This document shows positions 49,016 through 61,860 of a stretch of DNA of 64,000 nucleotides, one piece after another. Origin of the DNA: Malacoraja senta (lineage: Eukaryota). Each line of letters opens with the position of its first letter. The first letter of the stretch is position 1. The stretch is from positions 305,970,001 to 306,034,000 of the forward strand of contig CM075977.1 of the NCBI GenBank assembly GCA_038087875.1. Direction: 5' to 3'. The notes under the pieces were generated by a model. That model was not told the DNA's origin, searched no databases, and saw only the letters and a program-made list of their open reading frames with translations. The position numbers and the translations under genes were made by a program.

Positions 49016-49944
49016 CTATTTAACAAAAAAAGTGAATAGTTATCTTAAAAAGGTATGTTACATGACAGTTAAAATAGTCACTAACCAATGATTCATATCA
49101 GAAGACTGATCAAAATTAGGAGATCCAAATTCAAATTTGCATTATTTGTTGAGCATTACAATATACTGTAATGCACATTTTTACTCTAACAGAGTGTATG
49201 AAGAGCAGGGAATAAAAAGAGGACAAAACACTCCAAAACATCAAACTGGAAGGGACAGATGGCATGGGTGCTGTTTTATCTGCTTCAGCAAAGGTCAGGC
49301 CATGCATTTCTTTTATCGAGTTAAACAAATGCATGGAGTGCAAACTAAAATGAATTGTCTATATCATTTTTAATCTCCAAATATTCTGCTTCTGGATGAT
49401 TCCTGGTCTTGGGTGTTAAAATGAAAAAAAGTAGTAGGGCATTCAGCCCCTCAAGCCAACTACACCATTGATAAGATCATGCCTGATCAGAGTGCAAAAC
49501 CTAAACTCCACTTCCCAATTTGCCTGCAGCAAAGTTGACATTAACATTGCCTTCAAAATGGAAACATGTCCTAAGACATCTCAAAGAGTGCAAGGACACA
49601 AAAATAAATGTAGAAAAATTGAGAATAATTTTCCATAATAGAGAATTGGACCATTAATTTATATCGTCTCTTCTCATTCTGTGTTAAAATGTCATTGTTC
49701 ACTGTTAGCATTGTGTTCAGTGATGCAAGTTCAGTGATAGCACTGAGATGTATATTAAATGGTCTAGATCAGAGTTTCATGCATGACTTCAGCATGAAAA
49801 GAAACAACAATCAAGGCAGACAGTAACACGCAGAAAAAGGTTGAAAAATGTTGAAATGAGCAAACACGGCAGAAGCAGAACACTGTGAAATGTAGCATTT
49901 TAACAAAGATTGAGAAGGGACAATATAAACGAATTGTCCGATTT

Positions 49945-50921
49945 TAAGGAGATGGGGTGGGGAGTGGGGTCGTAGAGGGAGTTGGGGGGAGGGTGTGGAG
50001 GAGGGAGTTGGGGGGAGGGTGTGGTGGAGGAGTTGGGAGAGGGTGTGGAGGGAGATGGGGAGGGGTGGAGGGAGATGCCCCTTCCCTATCTACCACCCTC
50101 CCTCACTACCACCCTCCCTCTCTAACCCCCTCCTTCTCTCTACCCTCCCTCCCTCTCTACCCTCTCCCTCCCCCCCACTCTACCCCTTTGTATTCACTGG
50201 AGTTTAGGATGAGGGGGGCTTATAGAAACATAAAATTATAAAAGGACTGGACAAGCTAGATTGTTGGGCGAGTCCAGAACCAGGGGCCACAGTCTTAGAA
50301 TAAAGGGGAGGCCATTTAAGACTGAGGTGAGAAAAAACTTTTTCACCCAGAGAGTTGTGAATTTATGGAATTCCCTGCCACAGAGGGCAGTGGAGGCCAA
50401 ATCACTGGATGGATTTAAGAGAGAGTTAGATAGAGCTCTAGGGGCTAGTGGAGTCAAGCGATATGGGGAGAAGGCAGGCAGGGGTTATTGATAGGGGACG
50501 ATCAGCCAGGATCACCATGAATGGCGGTACTGGCTCGAAGGGCCGAATGGCCTCCTCCTGCACCTATTTTCTGTTTCTGTGTTTCTACCTCTCTGCCCCT
50601 CTCCACCTCCCCCTTCTCCTCCCCTCCCTCTCTACCTCCCCCCCTCCTTCTCTACCTTCTCCCCCTCCCTCTCCCTCCCCATCCCCCTCCCTCTCCACCA
50701 CCCCTCCCTCTCTAGGGATTGAAGAGGGAGGGTGAAGAGGTAGGGTGAAGAGGAGGAGGGAGTGCTGGGGGATGAGGAGAAATGAGCCACGCCTATGCAG
50801 TTGGGATCTATGAGCGAGTGGTGCAATATTGTGCTGGGGGAATGGCTTGCGTTGGGGGAACAGGTGAATGGTGGAATCATTCGTTGGGGATGTAGACCCA
50901 ACGGGTCTGCACTTGGTCTAG
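49945..50921 (+). mobile_element. Helitron 3' portion containing a CR1 3' fragment (~50190-50585)
   Basis: Hairpin GTAGACCC-AAC-GGGTCTGC and CTAG|T at 50921. The 5' end could not be identified. Confidence 0.7.
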
Positions 50922-51009
50922 TATGACAATAAAACACTCTTGACTTGAAAATTAGAGGAATACAAATGTGTTCACTGACAGAATCCTTTTCATTGTTTCT
51001 CTGTACATA

Positions 51010-52534
51010 CAGTGCATTCAAAAAGTATTCAGACCCCTTCACTTTTTCCACACTTTGTTACGTTACAGCCTTATTTTAAAATGGATTAAATTCTTTTTTT
51101 AAACATCAATCTACACACAATACCTCAAAATGAAGAAGCGAAAACAGGCGTTTAGAAATTTTTGCAAACTAATTAAAAATAAATAACTGAAATATCATAT
51201 TTGCATAAGTATTCAGACCCTTTGCTATGACACTCAAAATTGAGCTTAGGTTCATCCTGTTTCCATTGATTATCCTTGAGATGTTTCTACAACTTAATTG
51301 GAGTCCACCAGTGGTAAATTAAATTGATTGGACATGATTTGGAAAGGCACACACCTGTCTATGTAAGGCCCCACAGTTGACAGTGCATGTCAGAGCAGAA
51401 ACCAAGCCATGAAGACAAAGGAATTGTCTGTCCGTAGACCTTTGAGACAGGATTGTGTCGAGACAGATTTGGGGAAGGACTCTTCATAGACCGGCCGGCC
51501 AAACTGAGCAATCGGGGGAGAAGGGCCTTGGTCAGGGAGGTGACCAAGAACCCGATGGTCACTCTGACAGAGCTCCAGAGTTCCTCTGTGGAGATGGGAC
51601 AAACTTCCAGAAGGACAACTATATCGGCAGCACTCCAACAATCAGGCCTTTATGGTAGAGTGGTCAGATGGAAGTCATTCCTCAGTAAAAGGCACATGGC
51701 AGCCCGCTTGGAGTTTGCCAAAAGGCATGAGAAACAAGATTCTCTTGTCTGATGAAACCAAGATTGAACTCTTTGGCCTGAATGCCAAGCGTCACGTCTG
51801 GAGGAAACCAGGCACCGCTCATCACCTGGCCATTACCATACCTACAGTGAAGCATGGTGGTGGCAGCATCATGTGGTGGGGATGTTTCTCAGCAGCAGGA
51901 ACTGGGAGACTAATCAGGATCAAGCGAAAGATGAACGGAGCAAAGTACAGAGAGATCCTTGATGAAAACCTGCTCCAGAGCGTTCTGGACCTCCGACTGA
52001 GGCAGAGGTTCACCTTCCAACAGAACAACAACCCTAAGCACTCAGCCAGGACAACGCAGGAGTGGCTTCGTGACAAGTCTGTGAATGTCCTTGAGTGACC
52101 CAGCCAGAGCCTGGACTTGAACCCGATCGAACATCTCTGGAGGGACCTGAAAATAGATGTACATCGATGCTCCCCATCCAACCTGACAGAGCTTGAGAGG
52201 ATCTGCAGAGAAGAATGAGATAAATTACCCAAATATAGGTGTGCCAAGCTTATAGCATCATACCCAAGAAGACTTGAGGCTGTAATCGCTGCCAAAGGTG
52301 CCTCAACAAAGTACTGAGTAAAGGGTCTGAATACTTAGGTAAATGTGATATTTCTGTTATTTCTTTTTAATTACTTTGCAAAAATTTCTAAACATCTATT
52401 TCGGTTTTTTTATTATGGGATATTGTGTGTAGATTGATGATACCAAAATATTTTTAAATCCTTTTTAGAGTAAGGCTGTAACATAACAAAATGTGGAAAA
52501 AGTTAAGGGGTCTGAATACTTTCTGAATGCACTG
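51010..52534 (+). mobile_element. Tc1 element (family B), second copy, internal deletions and stops
   Basis: TA|CAGTGCATTC...GAATGCACTG|TA with long TIRs; [18 protein letters not shown] and QQNNNPKH motifs. Confidence 0.97.
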
Positions 52535-53562
52535 TAGACATAAACACAAAATAAATCAAAATACATAATCAGAGTAAACCGATTTGTGATTGCCACAAAG
52601 GGAGGTTTTCAAGTTGGGTTTTCAAACACAGAAAATTGTTATCTCTTTTTCCACCAGAATGCCCTGCCCGAAAAGGGTGTCACAGGCACAATTAGTGACA
52701 TTTTCCAAAGGGGAGGGGGAATAAAAATTGATGGGGGGGAAAAAAGTGACAGAACTAAGAGGACAGAGAAAGGGAAGTGAGGAACAAGGAATTTGGCACA
52801 TGCACAATGCATCAAGTTGATTCTTTGATGCATCAAGATGTTGTTTTTTATCATTGTAAATTTAGTCAGAAAAACTAATGCTATGAAATAGAGGAAAATC
52901 CATGTGGAATTTCAGATCTGCAACATTACAAGATCAATATCAGCCAAAGGCTAAGTAAATAATGTTACTTTTCTTGAAGACTTTTCAGACGGTGCTGAAA
53001 ATAATTTTTACTGTAGGAAGGAACTGCAGATGCTGGTTTATACCGAAGATAGACAGAAAATGCTGGAGTCACTCAGCAGGTCAGGCAGCATCTCTGGAGA
53101 AAAGGAATAGGTGATGTTTCTAACAAATAATCTTTGTTTCGCAGACACAATGCTTGAAAACCTTGCAACTATACTTGTTATTTGAACTAAGCTCCAATTA
53201 CAATATTAAATTACTACAATACTGAATTATTAATGTGACAGAAGAGAAAAAATTCACAAATGGCATTCAGATGTCAGGACACTTCTGGTGCATTCAACTG
53301 TCATTAAATTTATTATCCAGAATGAACAACCCCTTCTGCTTGTAGCTTCAATCCAAGAAGCAGCCTTCTGTGTTGTGGTGAAGAACATCCTAAGAAAACC
53401 TGACAAGATGATCAAAATTACTGCTGTGCTCCCCACCATGAATTTTCCTAACGCCCTGTAATTCAAGGATTACAGGTAAAAGCAGCATTTGGTACATTGG
53501 TCAGTTCTCAAGCAAAACACAAAGAATGGTGTTAATGTTTCAGGTCTGACAAAGAAGGGTTA

Positions 53563-55365
53563 AACCCCTGTCTCAGACAAATCAAATCAAACTCGTGGTA
53601 ATCAATCACGTAGAATTAACGTAGCCGGAACGTCGGAACTCGTAACGGCAGGTACTCGGGAAACTTGTTAACGCGTGAAAATCTTTCAACATGATGAAAG
53701 ATTTCCACGAGTCAAATTTACTCGTGAAGTAAAAATTTTAAACTTTTAAACTCGTTGTAAGAACGTAGTAGCCCATGAGTTTATCGTAGTGACTCGTGAG
53801 TCTACCGTGGGCACTCTTTAACTCAGGGGGACAGGCAGCATCTATGGAGAGAAGGAATGGGTGACGGGATGACGTTTCCAAAATTCTGCTGCGTCTTTGT
53901 GTTACTCCAGCACTGTATGTTCACTTTTTGTCAACCAGCATCTGCCCTTTCTTGTGTATGACATTATTTTTATCCGTGGCAGTTGATTGTCGCTCCCTTC
54001 AGTTTCCCAGGGGGTCGGGACGGGACTGGAGTTGGGAGGGAAAGGTGGGTGCTGTTTCCTTGACTACGGTCATGTGAATCGACTTGTACATTTAATATAC
54101 CGACGATGTCTGGCAGTGAATCTCACTCCCTCAAATCCGTAGAGAGACACGAAATCTGGAGTAACTCAGCGGGTCAGACAGCATCTCTGGAGAAAAGGAA
54201 TAGGTGACGTTTCTAACAAATAATCTTTGTTTCGCAGACACAAAGCTTGAAAACCTTGCAACTATACTTGTTATTTGAACTAAGCTCCAATTACAATATT
54301 AAATTACTACAATACTGAATTATAAATGTGACAGACAAGAGAAAAAATTCACAAATGGCGTTCAGATGTCAGGACACTTCTGGTGCATTCAACTGTCATT
54401 AAATGTATTATCCAGAATAAACAACCCCATGGACTAGGCGACTGCAGTCTGAAGATGGGTCTCAACCCGAAATCTCGTCCATTCCTTTTCTCCAGAGATG
54501 CTGCCTGTCCTGCTGAGTACCCCAGCTTTTTGAGCCTATCTTCGGTTTAAACCAGCATATGCAGTTCCTTCCTGCACCTCTCAAATATGTGCCATTATTC
54601 AGTACTCCAATTTTTGTTTTATTTTACTAATTCTGTATAATATCGCCCTGTTCGTTGGTCGTAGCCTCTACCCCACCCCTGGTGCATTAAGTGCATTTGT
54701 TTTTTCTTTTACCCCCGGGAGAAAAAAAATCAAATCCAGGAGTTCATCTGGAGCAGTCCTCGGATATAACAGCGAATGAAGAGAAATTGGCGGGTTATTT
54801 AGGAATTAATCCTTAAAGAGAGCATAACTCGTTGGATAAATGAGATTGTCACTAGGCATCATCTCCCCCCCCCCTCCCGACCCTCTGGGAAACTGAAGGG
54901 AGCTACAATCAACTGCCGCGGATACAAATAATGTCATACACAAGAAAGGGCAGATGCTGGTTGACAAAAATTGAACACACAGTGCTGGAGTAACACAAAG
55001 ACGCAGCAAAATTTTGGAAACGTCATCCCGTCACCCATTCCTTCTCTCCAGAGATGCTGCCTGTCCCGCTGAGTTAAAGAGTGCCCACGGTAGACTCACG
55101 AGTCACTACGGTAAACTCACGAGCTACTACGTTCTTACAACGAGTTTAAAAGTTTAAAATTTTTACTTCAAGAGTAAATTTGATTCGTGGAAATCTTTCA
55201 TCATGTTGAAAGATTTTCACGAGTTAACAAGTTTCCCGAGTACCTGCCGTTAGCATTACGAGTTCCGACGTTCCCGCTACGTTAATTCTATGTGATTACC
55301 ACGAGTTTGATTTGTTTTAAACTCGGGATCACTCGTAGGTGGACTCGCACCGTGAGACAGGGCCA
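53563..55365. mobile_element. Composite foldback element with PIF/Harbinger-like termini and ~440-bp inverted arms
   Basis: Arms at 53583-54020 and 54875-55314. Termini (AAC/TGG)CCCTGTCTCA; TTA on both flanks. Confidence 0.65.
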
Positions 55366-55813
55366 TTAACTCCTGAAATGTTACCACCTGAAATGTTAAC
55401 ACTGTTATTTCTTTCGAAGTTGCAGCTTGACCTGCTGAGTATTTTCTGTTTGTTTTTAAGATTTACACTAATTGCAATTTCACCCTTCAGAAAGAACTGT
55501 ACCTTATAAGCAAGAAAAATCTCCATAGAGCCCTCCAATCCTCGATTCCCATTCAAATCATGGCACATCTTCTACATTCCAGAATTATCACTGCAATCCA
55601 ATTTTCCAATATGTGAAAATCTATTATACAGTTTTGAATTATTGAGTACCCAAAGCTCTCTTGGTTAGGGAATTCCAAAGATTCATAACCTTGAATAAAG
55701 ATTTTCTAACTTCAGTCCTATGACCTAATTTTCTAAAAAAAAAATCCTCAGGCTGTAAAACTATAATTCTGCTGTTCAGGAAAAAAATCCTTTCAGCATT
55801 TGTTGTACAAACA

Positions 55814-56215
55814 AGTATAGTATGGTGCAACACAACTCTGGAAATAAACCGATTCACGAACTGGGTGATGGGTGTGGTGAGGTGTGAAGCGGGTATATAC
55901 CTACACAAGGGTCCCTTTTTTCCCCCTCTTGTTTTCTGTTTCTTTTCTCTTTTTTTTTTTTAATATAATTTTATGGGTTTTTGTCTATTTTTCTACAGGC
56001 TATCACTTGTTCACCCCCGGACTGCCCATCGGGTACTCTAAGGGTTTACACATCACTACTTTCTTCACTCTTCACTCTTTCTTGCCCTACCTTTTTCTTG
56101 TTAAATTTAAAAGAGAAGTTGTACACGAAATGTATTTTGTCATATGCCGTGGTTTATACTACTGTACATTGCTTCTAATAAAAATACAAATTTAAAAAAA
56201 AAAAAAATTTTTTTA
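55814..56215 (+). mobile_element. L1/Tx1-type retroposon 3' end with poly(A)
   Basis: AATAAA and A-run at ~56177-56207. 19-bp TSD AGCATTTGTTGTACAAACA at 55795-813 and 56216-234. Confidence 0.8.
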
Positions 56216-57123
56216 AGCATTTGTTGTACAAACATATACATCTCTCAAATGATAAATTAATGTTTTTAAAAAAAGTTGTGGTACAAAACAGGATCAACAC
56301 GTCCAAATTTTAATATACACACCAAAAATTAAGTTGGTGCTTATCACTATTATACCAAAACTGATGTGTCCCAAATTAAGTCTGTGAGATTGACAAAAGG
56401 GTTTCAAGTAGCCAAGTACATCATTTAAAAATCAACTTGGATGCTATCCATTAACACACTTAAACTCTATTCTAAAGATAGAATCAAACAAAATGTCAAT
56501 GGGGTCTATCAATAAGCTCTGGCAATCAAAACATGAAACTATAGGTCACAGCTGAATATCTGCCACAGATCAAGACTTTACAGTATATTCAGATTCTCCT
56601 GAGCAAATTTAATATGAATAGACCAGTTGCCAAAAAGGAAAACTGGGGAATGAATAGTATCCGAAGCAGTACACAGCAAATAAATATTTTATTAACAGAA
56701 TAAAAAAAGTTAGCATTGATGCTATGGTTGGACTTGGAGTTGATAATAGGCCCTAATAATCACTGGTAGAGGCAAGGAACTGCAGATGCTGGTTTGCACA
56801 AAAGTCCTTGTACATAAATAATAATAATCAGTGGGTTTCTCAGTTCAAAACAAAATTGCAAAATAAAAGATACATATGATTGGTTCCACGTATCATATGA
56901 ACGATACAACCTTGGCAGTTCTAAATTATTCCTCCTTAACAAAATATTGAAATCTTAAATATGCTTAACTCAAATAATATTGTAACATGCATTCTTTCAA
57001 GATTCAAAATAAGCAAAGAAATATGGGATCAGTCTAATATGAAACACTACAAAAAGTAAATTTGATCACAGAATTGAAATTGAATAGATTACAGTTTTCA
57101 AGGACTATGCAATGAAATGGTAC

Positions 57124-57297
57124 CTTGGAGGAAATTCCATGCTCCTTGCCATTACTCCCACTATGAAAGACTCTCCTGTCATTCAGACCAAGCCTGTCAG
57201 TATCCCCTTTTGGAGTTGATGTAATTGAAGAGCCCTGTGCTGCATTTCCTAGCTTGTCCTCAATGCGGGGCCGAACTCTCAGACTACGAGATGCCTC
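57124..57297 (-). CDS. PCM1: PCM1 in-frame cassette-type exon (EASRSLRVRPRIEDKLGNAAQ...GISSK)
   Basis: 174 nt, phase 0/0, AG/GT boundaries. Resembles a tetrapod PCM1 isoform segment (SLRIRP.IEDKLGN), recalled from memory. Confidence 0.75.
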
Positions 57298-57536
57298 CTT
57301 TATCAAACAGTTTAGTTAAGACATTTATGATTAAAATGTCAATGACACCCAAGACAAACAGCTTTTAAACAAATTCTGCTCTAACTTTAATACCCTTTTA
57401 AAAAAAATAACATTCACAACAACTTCTCAAAACTTAAAAGCCAGTACCTGAACTTTTTCTATCTGTATGATTTAAAGCTCAACTTACAAAGACAGATTCT
57501 GTATTCAATTTGATATTTGCTGCTATATTATCTTAC

Positions 57537-57653
57537 CGTTGCATCTGATGCTTCGGACTGCACATCTAGGTTGAGCGAAGTGCTATCGGCGACAGAACCA
57601 GATCCTACAGCAGAGTCAGTTGTGCCAACTTCATCCTCCTCATTCTCCCGGGC
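57537..57653 (-). CDS. PCM1: PCM1 in-frame cassette-type exon (ARENEEDEVGTTDSAVGSGSVADSTSLNLDVQSEASDAT)
   Basis: 117 nt, phase 0/0, CAG/GTAAGA boundaries. Motifs DSAVGSGSVA and DVQSEASD, recalled from PCM1 isoforms. Confidence 0.9.
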
Positions 57654-58768
57654 CTGAACATTCAACAACAATACAAACTTGGGATACAAACTTATTAGAA
57701 ACAAATCAGTCCTTTAAAAATGCATTTAATACTTCAGCTTCAAAGGAACTAAGAAAAAAATCAAAATGTCAACTAAAAGCACTGGAATGCAAAATTTCAA
57801 ATGGATTTGTTCATCAATTATCTGGCTCAGTTTTGTTGAAATAGAATGCCTTTGCACCACTCTATCAACCAATGACCTCTGAATAACAACAAAAGCATAG
57901 TAAAATAATGATTCTTTTAACATGTCTTTGCCTGAGCCACAAATAGTGGTACAGTGTTCCATGTTCCAACAATCCAAGCTAAGACATTTATTTTAATCCC
58001 TCTCACAAGTCAGTATTGGCATTAAATTTAGATACATCGCTGCCAATCGTAAACAACCAAAGTAGTACTTTTCTTTTATCGCCAACAATCATTTCATATT
58101 TATCAAGATCTCTCAGAATCCTCTAACGTCCTCTGCTCCAGTAGACATATTAACAGCATAAAAATTCTGCCTTTCATCCTCAATTTTTATATCCCTTGAC
58201 AATCTCTATGAATTTCAAACTTCTTCAGTAATGGTTCAGCCAAAGATAGATAGAGCACTACAATTTTACATTAACATGATTTCCCATTACTTGCAAACTC
58301 TGCTCCCATTTATCAGACTCAATAAATTGTGACCTTTTCTTGGGTTTATTTACTGCCATTTTTCATCCAATTACCAATTTGAAAAGTGGCTCAATTCAAC
58401 CATTCAGCTATAATCACAAATTATGAATTTAAAGAATTTGGCCACAATATACTACTCAGCAAATGCAATAGTAGCAAACATAAATTTACCCCACAATCAA
58501 GAAAATATATAAGTACACCAGACCATTGGTTCAGATATCTTTTTTTTAAGCAAGGCAACCATATCCAAGTGAAAATCATTTCACTTAGACAAGAGAAATG
58601 AAGTGCACCCATACTGGGAAATGGCTCAAGAAGACATGCACACAAATGGTATGACTATGTATGCTCTGCTCTGGATTTTATGGTACATTGAGCCAAATTG
58701 AGTACTCAAGTCCAGAAGACCTATTGTTATGATAAATAATACAATTAGGTGCATGCTCCAAAACATAC

Positions 58769-58939
58769 CAGCATTTTTTGTAAAAACTTCATGTATGACT
58801 TTTCTTGTTCTTTTAAGTGATCTATCAGCTGAGTCAAACGCTCAACATTTGCAGATCTTTCATTTTTCTCCATTAGATCTTCCCGCATGCATCGAGCCTT
58901 GTTGATGTAATCCCGAATCTGGATAAGTCTGCTCACAAC
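58769..58939 (-). CDS. PCM1: PCM1 exon (VVSRLIQIRDYINKARCMREDLMEKNERSANVERLTQLIDHLKEQEKSYMKFLQKML)
   Basis: 171 nt, AG/GT boundaries, highly conserved PCM1 motif. Confidence 0.98.
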
Positions 58940-59096
58940 CTATTATTAAAACAAATACATGGAAACCACTTTCTGTACAATTTCTGCATTACTATGGATT
59001 CAATAGTAATATTAACACATCTAGATGCATTACAATGTTAGATTATTGTTTTAGCTGCCTTGTGTAGCGTCCGTCACCATGAATGGCAGAGATTCA

Positions 59097-59192
59097 AGCC
59101 CCTGTCCCACTTTCACAACCTAATTCACGACCTTTTTTACTCGTGGACATTTTTCATCATGTTGAAAATACGCCCCGACCTACTTGATGCCA
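59097..59192. mobile_element. Harbinger-like MITE fragment related to the arms of 53563-55365
   Basis: AGCCCCTGTCCCAC terminus and shared TTTCATCATGTTGAAA core. Confidence 0.55.
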
Positions 59193-59599
59193 TTTACTTG
59201 AAAAATTACTTTCTATTCTTTCTATCACACCAAAACCCAAGAAACAAAATCATGGTTTAAAAATGACATCATATCTGACAATAGTAATAATTGGACAAAA
59301 AGATTGAAGAACAGAAAATACTTCTGGAGTACTGTGCACTGAGAATGTCCCAAAGCATATCAGAATAAATTAAATGCTTTCGAACATTTAAATGTTCAGT
59401 TTTTAACATATTAAAGTACAACCGCAAAGAAGCAAGCTGCAAAATTTAGCAAAAGTAAGTTTGTTTCTGGATAACCAGAAAACATTTTTTAAAGTGTTAG
59501 TTATTCAAGCACTTGGTGCCATTTTTTAAGTGCTATTGATTGAGGAGCAAAGATTGAACAGGACATATGTAGAATGCTCTGCATTTGTTGATGAATGCA

Positions 59600-61860
59600 T
59601 ATAAACTTATCAATTGATACCTTGAACATATGGTGGTTAATTGCCAACTATTCTCCTACCCAGAGAGTTAGCCGCTGTCACCCTGACTGCAGCTTATCTC
59701 AGGCAGACATGAAGCTAGTACTTAAGGAATTGAGACCCAGTCAGTATAAAACGTCTTATCCCGACGGCTTCCTCAGCATCGCTGGAGACTTAACCAGGTT
59801 AGCTTGAAGTCTTGGCCAATACCATAGGACCCAACACATTCGGCCACTGTTATACCACCATCAGGAACACCTATCGCTCCATCCCTCACCCACACTTTGG
59901 AAAATCTGACAACCTGATTGTGCTTATTCTTCCCGTGTATAGACAGAGACCGAAGAGTAATGACAACAGCAAAGAGGACAGCAGGAGAGGCAGCGAAGCA
60001 GTTACAGATTTACTTGGAATTGATGGACTGGGCCATGTTCAAGAATTTGAAGACGGCCTGAATGAATTTGCCAGTCATCACTGATTTCATTGACAAATGC
60101 ATGGACAAATGTGTACCTTCAAAAACATTGAGTTTTCACCAACTAGAAGCTCTGGATTAAACAGGAGGCTTGTAATGTGCGAGAGGCTACAGCTGTGGTG
60201 TTTAGGCCATTCTAAAGTTGTACAAGAAGTCTGAAGGTTAATTTAGCTTCTGTAAAAATTGAAAATTGTTCCTGGTGTGTAGGATAGTGTTAGTGTACGG
60301 AATGGCAGGTCGGCACGGTCTCGGTGGGCCAAGGGGCCATGCTGTATCTCTAAACTAAACTGAAAACAAAGTCCAGGAATGAGGTCCAAGTCACGATGAG
60401 CACAAAGATAATTTCATATTAAACTGGAGTCACAGACAGAAACTCAACAGCTCTAGCAGGACTTGCATGCTATCACTTCCTTTAAGTTGAAACCAAGTAG
60501 CATAATTTGCAATGATGCAACATTTCTGGGCCAGCTCAATGTCTTTTATGCACACTTTGAAAGGGAGAACAACCAACCTCATGAGTCCCCACAGCTTAGT
60601 AGCCAAGTGTTGAAGACCTGTGCAGACCAGCTGGCAGGAGTATTCAAGGATAACTTTAATCTCCCGCTTCAACAATCTGAGGTTCACACCTGCTATAGAA
60701 GGTCATCTAAAATATGCCCAAGAAAAACATGGTGACCTGCCTCAATGACTACCATTCAGTTGCACTTATATCCACAATAATGAACTGCTTTGATAGTTTG
60801 ATTATAGCACGAATTAATTCCTGCCTCAATGACCTGGATATACTTCAATTAGCCCAGGGCCTCAAAAGGTCACTCACTGTCTCTCCACTCTGCTCTGGGC
60901 CATCTGGATAACAGAAAAGCATATATCAGGGTGCTATCAATGAACTACAGCTCAGCGTTCAACAGAATCATCTCCTCCAAGCTCATCACCAAGTTCCAAC
61001 GACCTGTGCCTCTATCTCCATTTGCAACTGGATCCTTGACTTTATCGCGGACGTATATCAGTGCAGATCGGTAACATCTCCCCCTTGTCCATCATTACAG
61101 GTGCATCTCAAGACTGCATGCTTAATCCCCTCTTTTGCTTTCTTTTCATCCATGACAGTACGGCAAAGCAAAGATCCAATGCCATTTCCAAATTTGCTGA
61201 TAAACACCACTGTTGTTGACCGTCACAGGTGGTGATGTAATTACGAAGAAGGCCTACCTGCACTTCTACTTTCTAATAAATATAAGGCATGAATATTACC
61301 AATGATCTGTTGTAGACCAACCACATTGATGCAACAACCAAAAAGGCACACCTACTTCCTGAGGAGACCGAGAAAATCTGAAGTGCCTCCAATTACTTAC
61401 AAACTTCTACAAATGTGCATATTGTTGGGTTCATCACAGCTTCATTTGAGAAGACTGCAAAAAATGCCTAAGACCGCTTAAAATTGTAGAGTTGTAGATG
61501 TAGCGCAGAACATTTCACCGACCAGACTTACCACTCCACCTCCATTAACAGACTGCCTCGGGAAAGCAGCCGACATAATCAAAGCCACAGTCATTCCTTC
61601 ATCCTGCTTGTGTACAAATGGTACAGAAGATTGAACGTACCCCCAGACTCAGGAATAGCTTTTTTCCCTCTTATCAGGCTTATCCTTCCAAGAGCTCGGG
61701 TGCTGGCGGATTCACTATCTTCTCCTTTGCCCTATTTATTGTACTTGGGTTTGACTTCATTGCATTTATGTATGGTATATTTGATCTGTTTGGATAGCTG
61801 CAAAACAAAGCTTTTCACTGTACCTCAGTACAGTGACAATAATAAACTTAAAACCGAAAA
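59600..61860 (+). mobile_element. Old, degenerate Rex1/Babar LINE with a SINE fragment (~60236-60361)
   Basis: Remnants [34 protein letters not shown] and KFAD; ends in a CAATAATAAAC tail. Confidence 0.8.
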
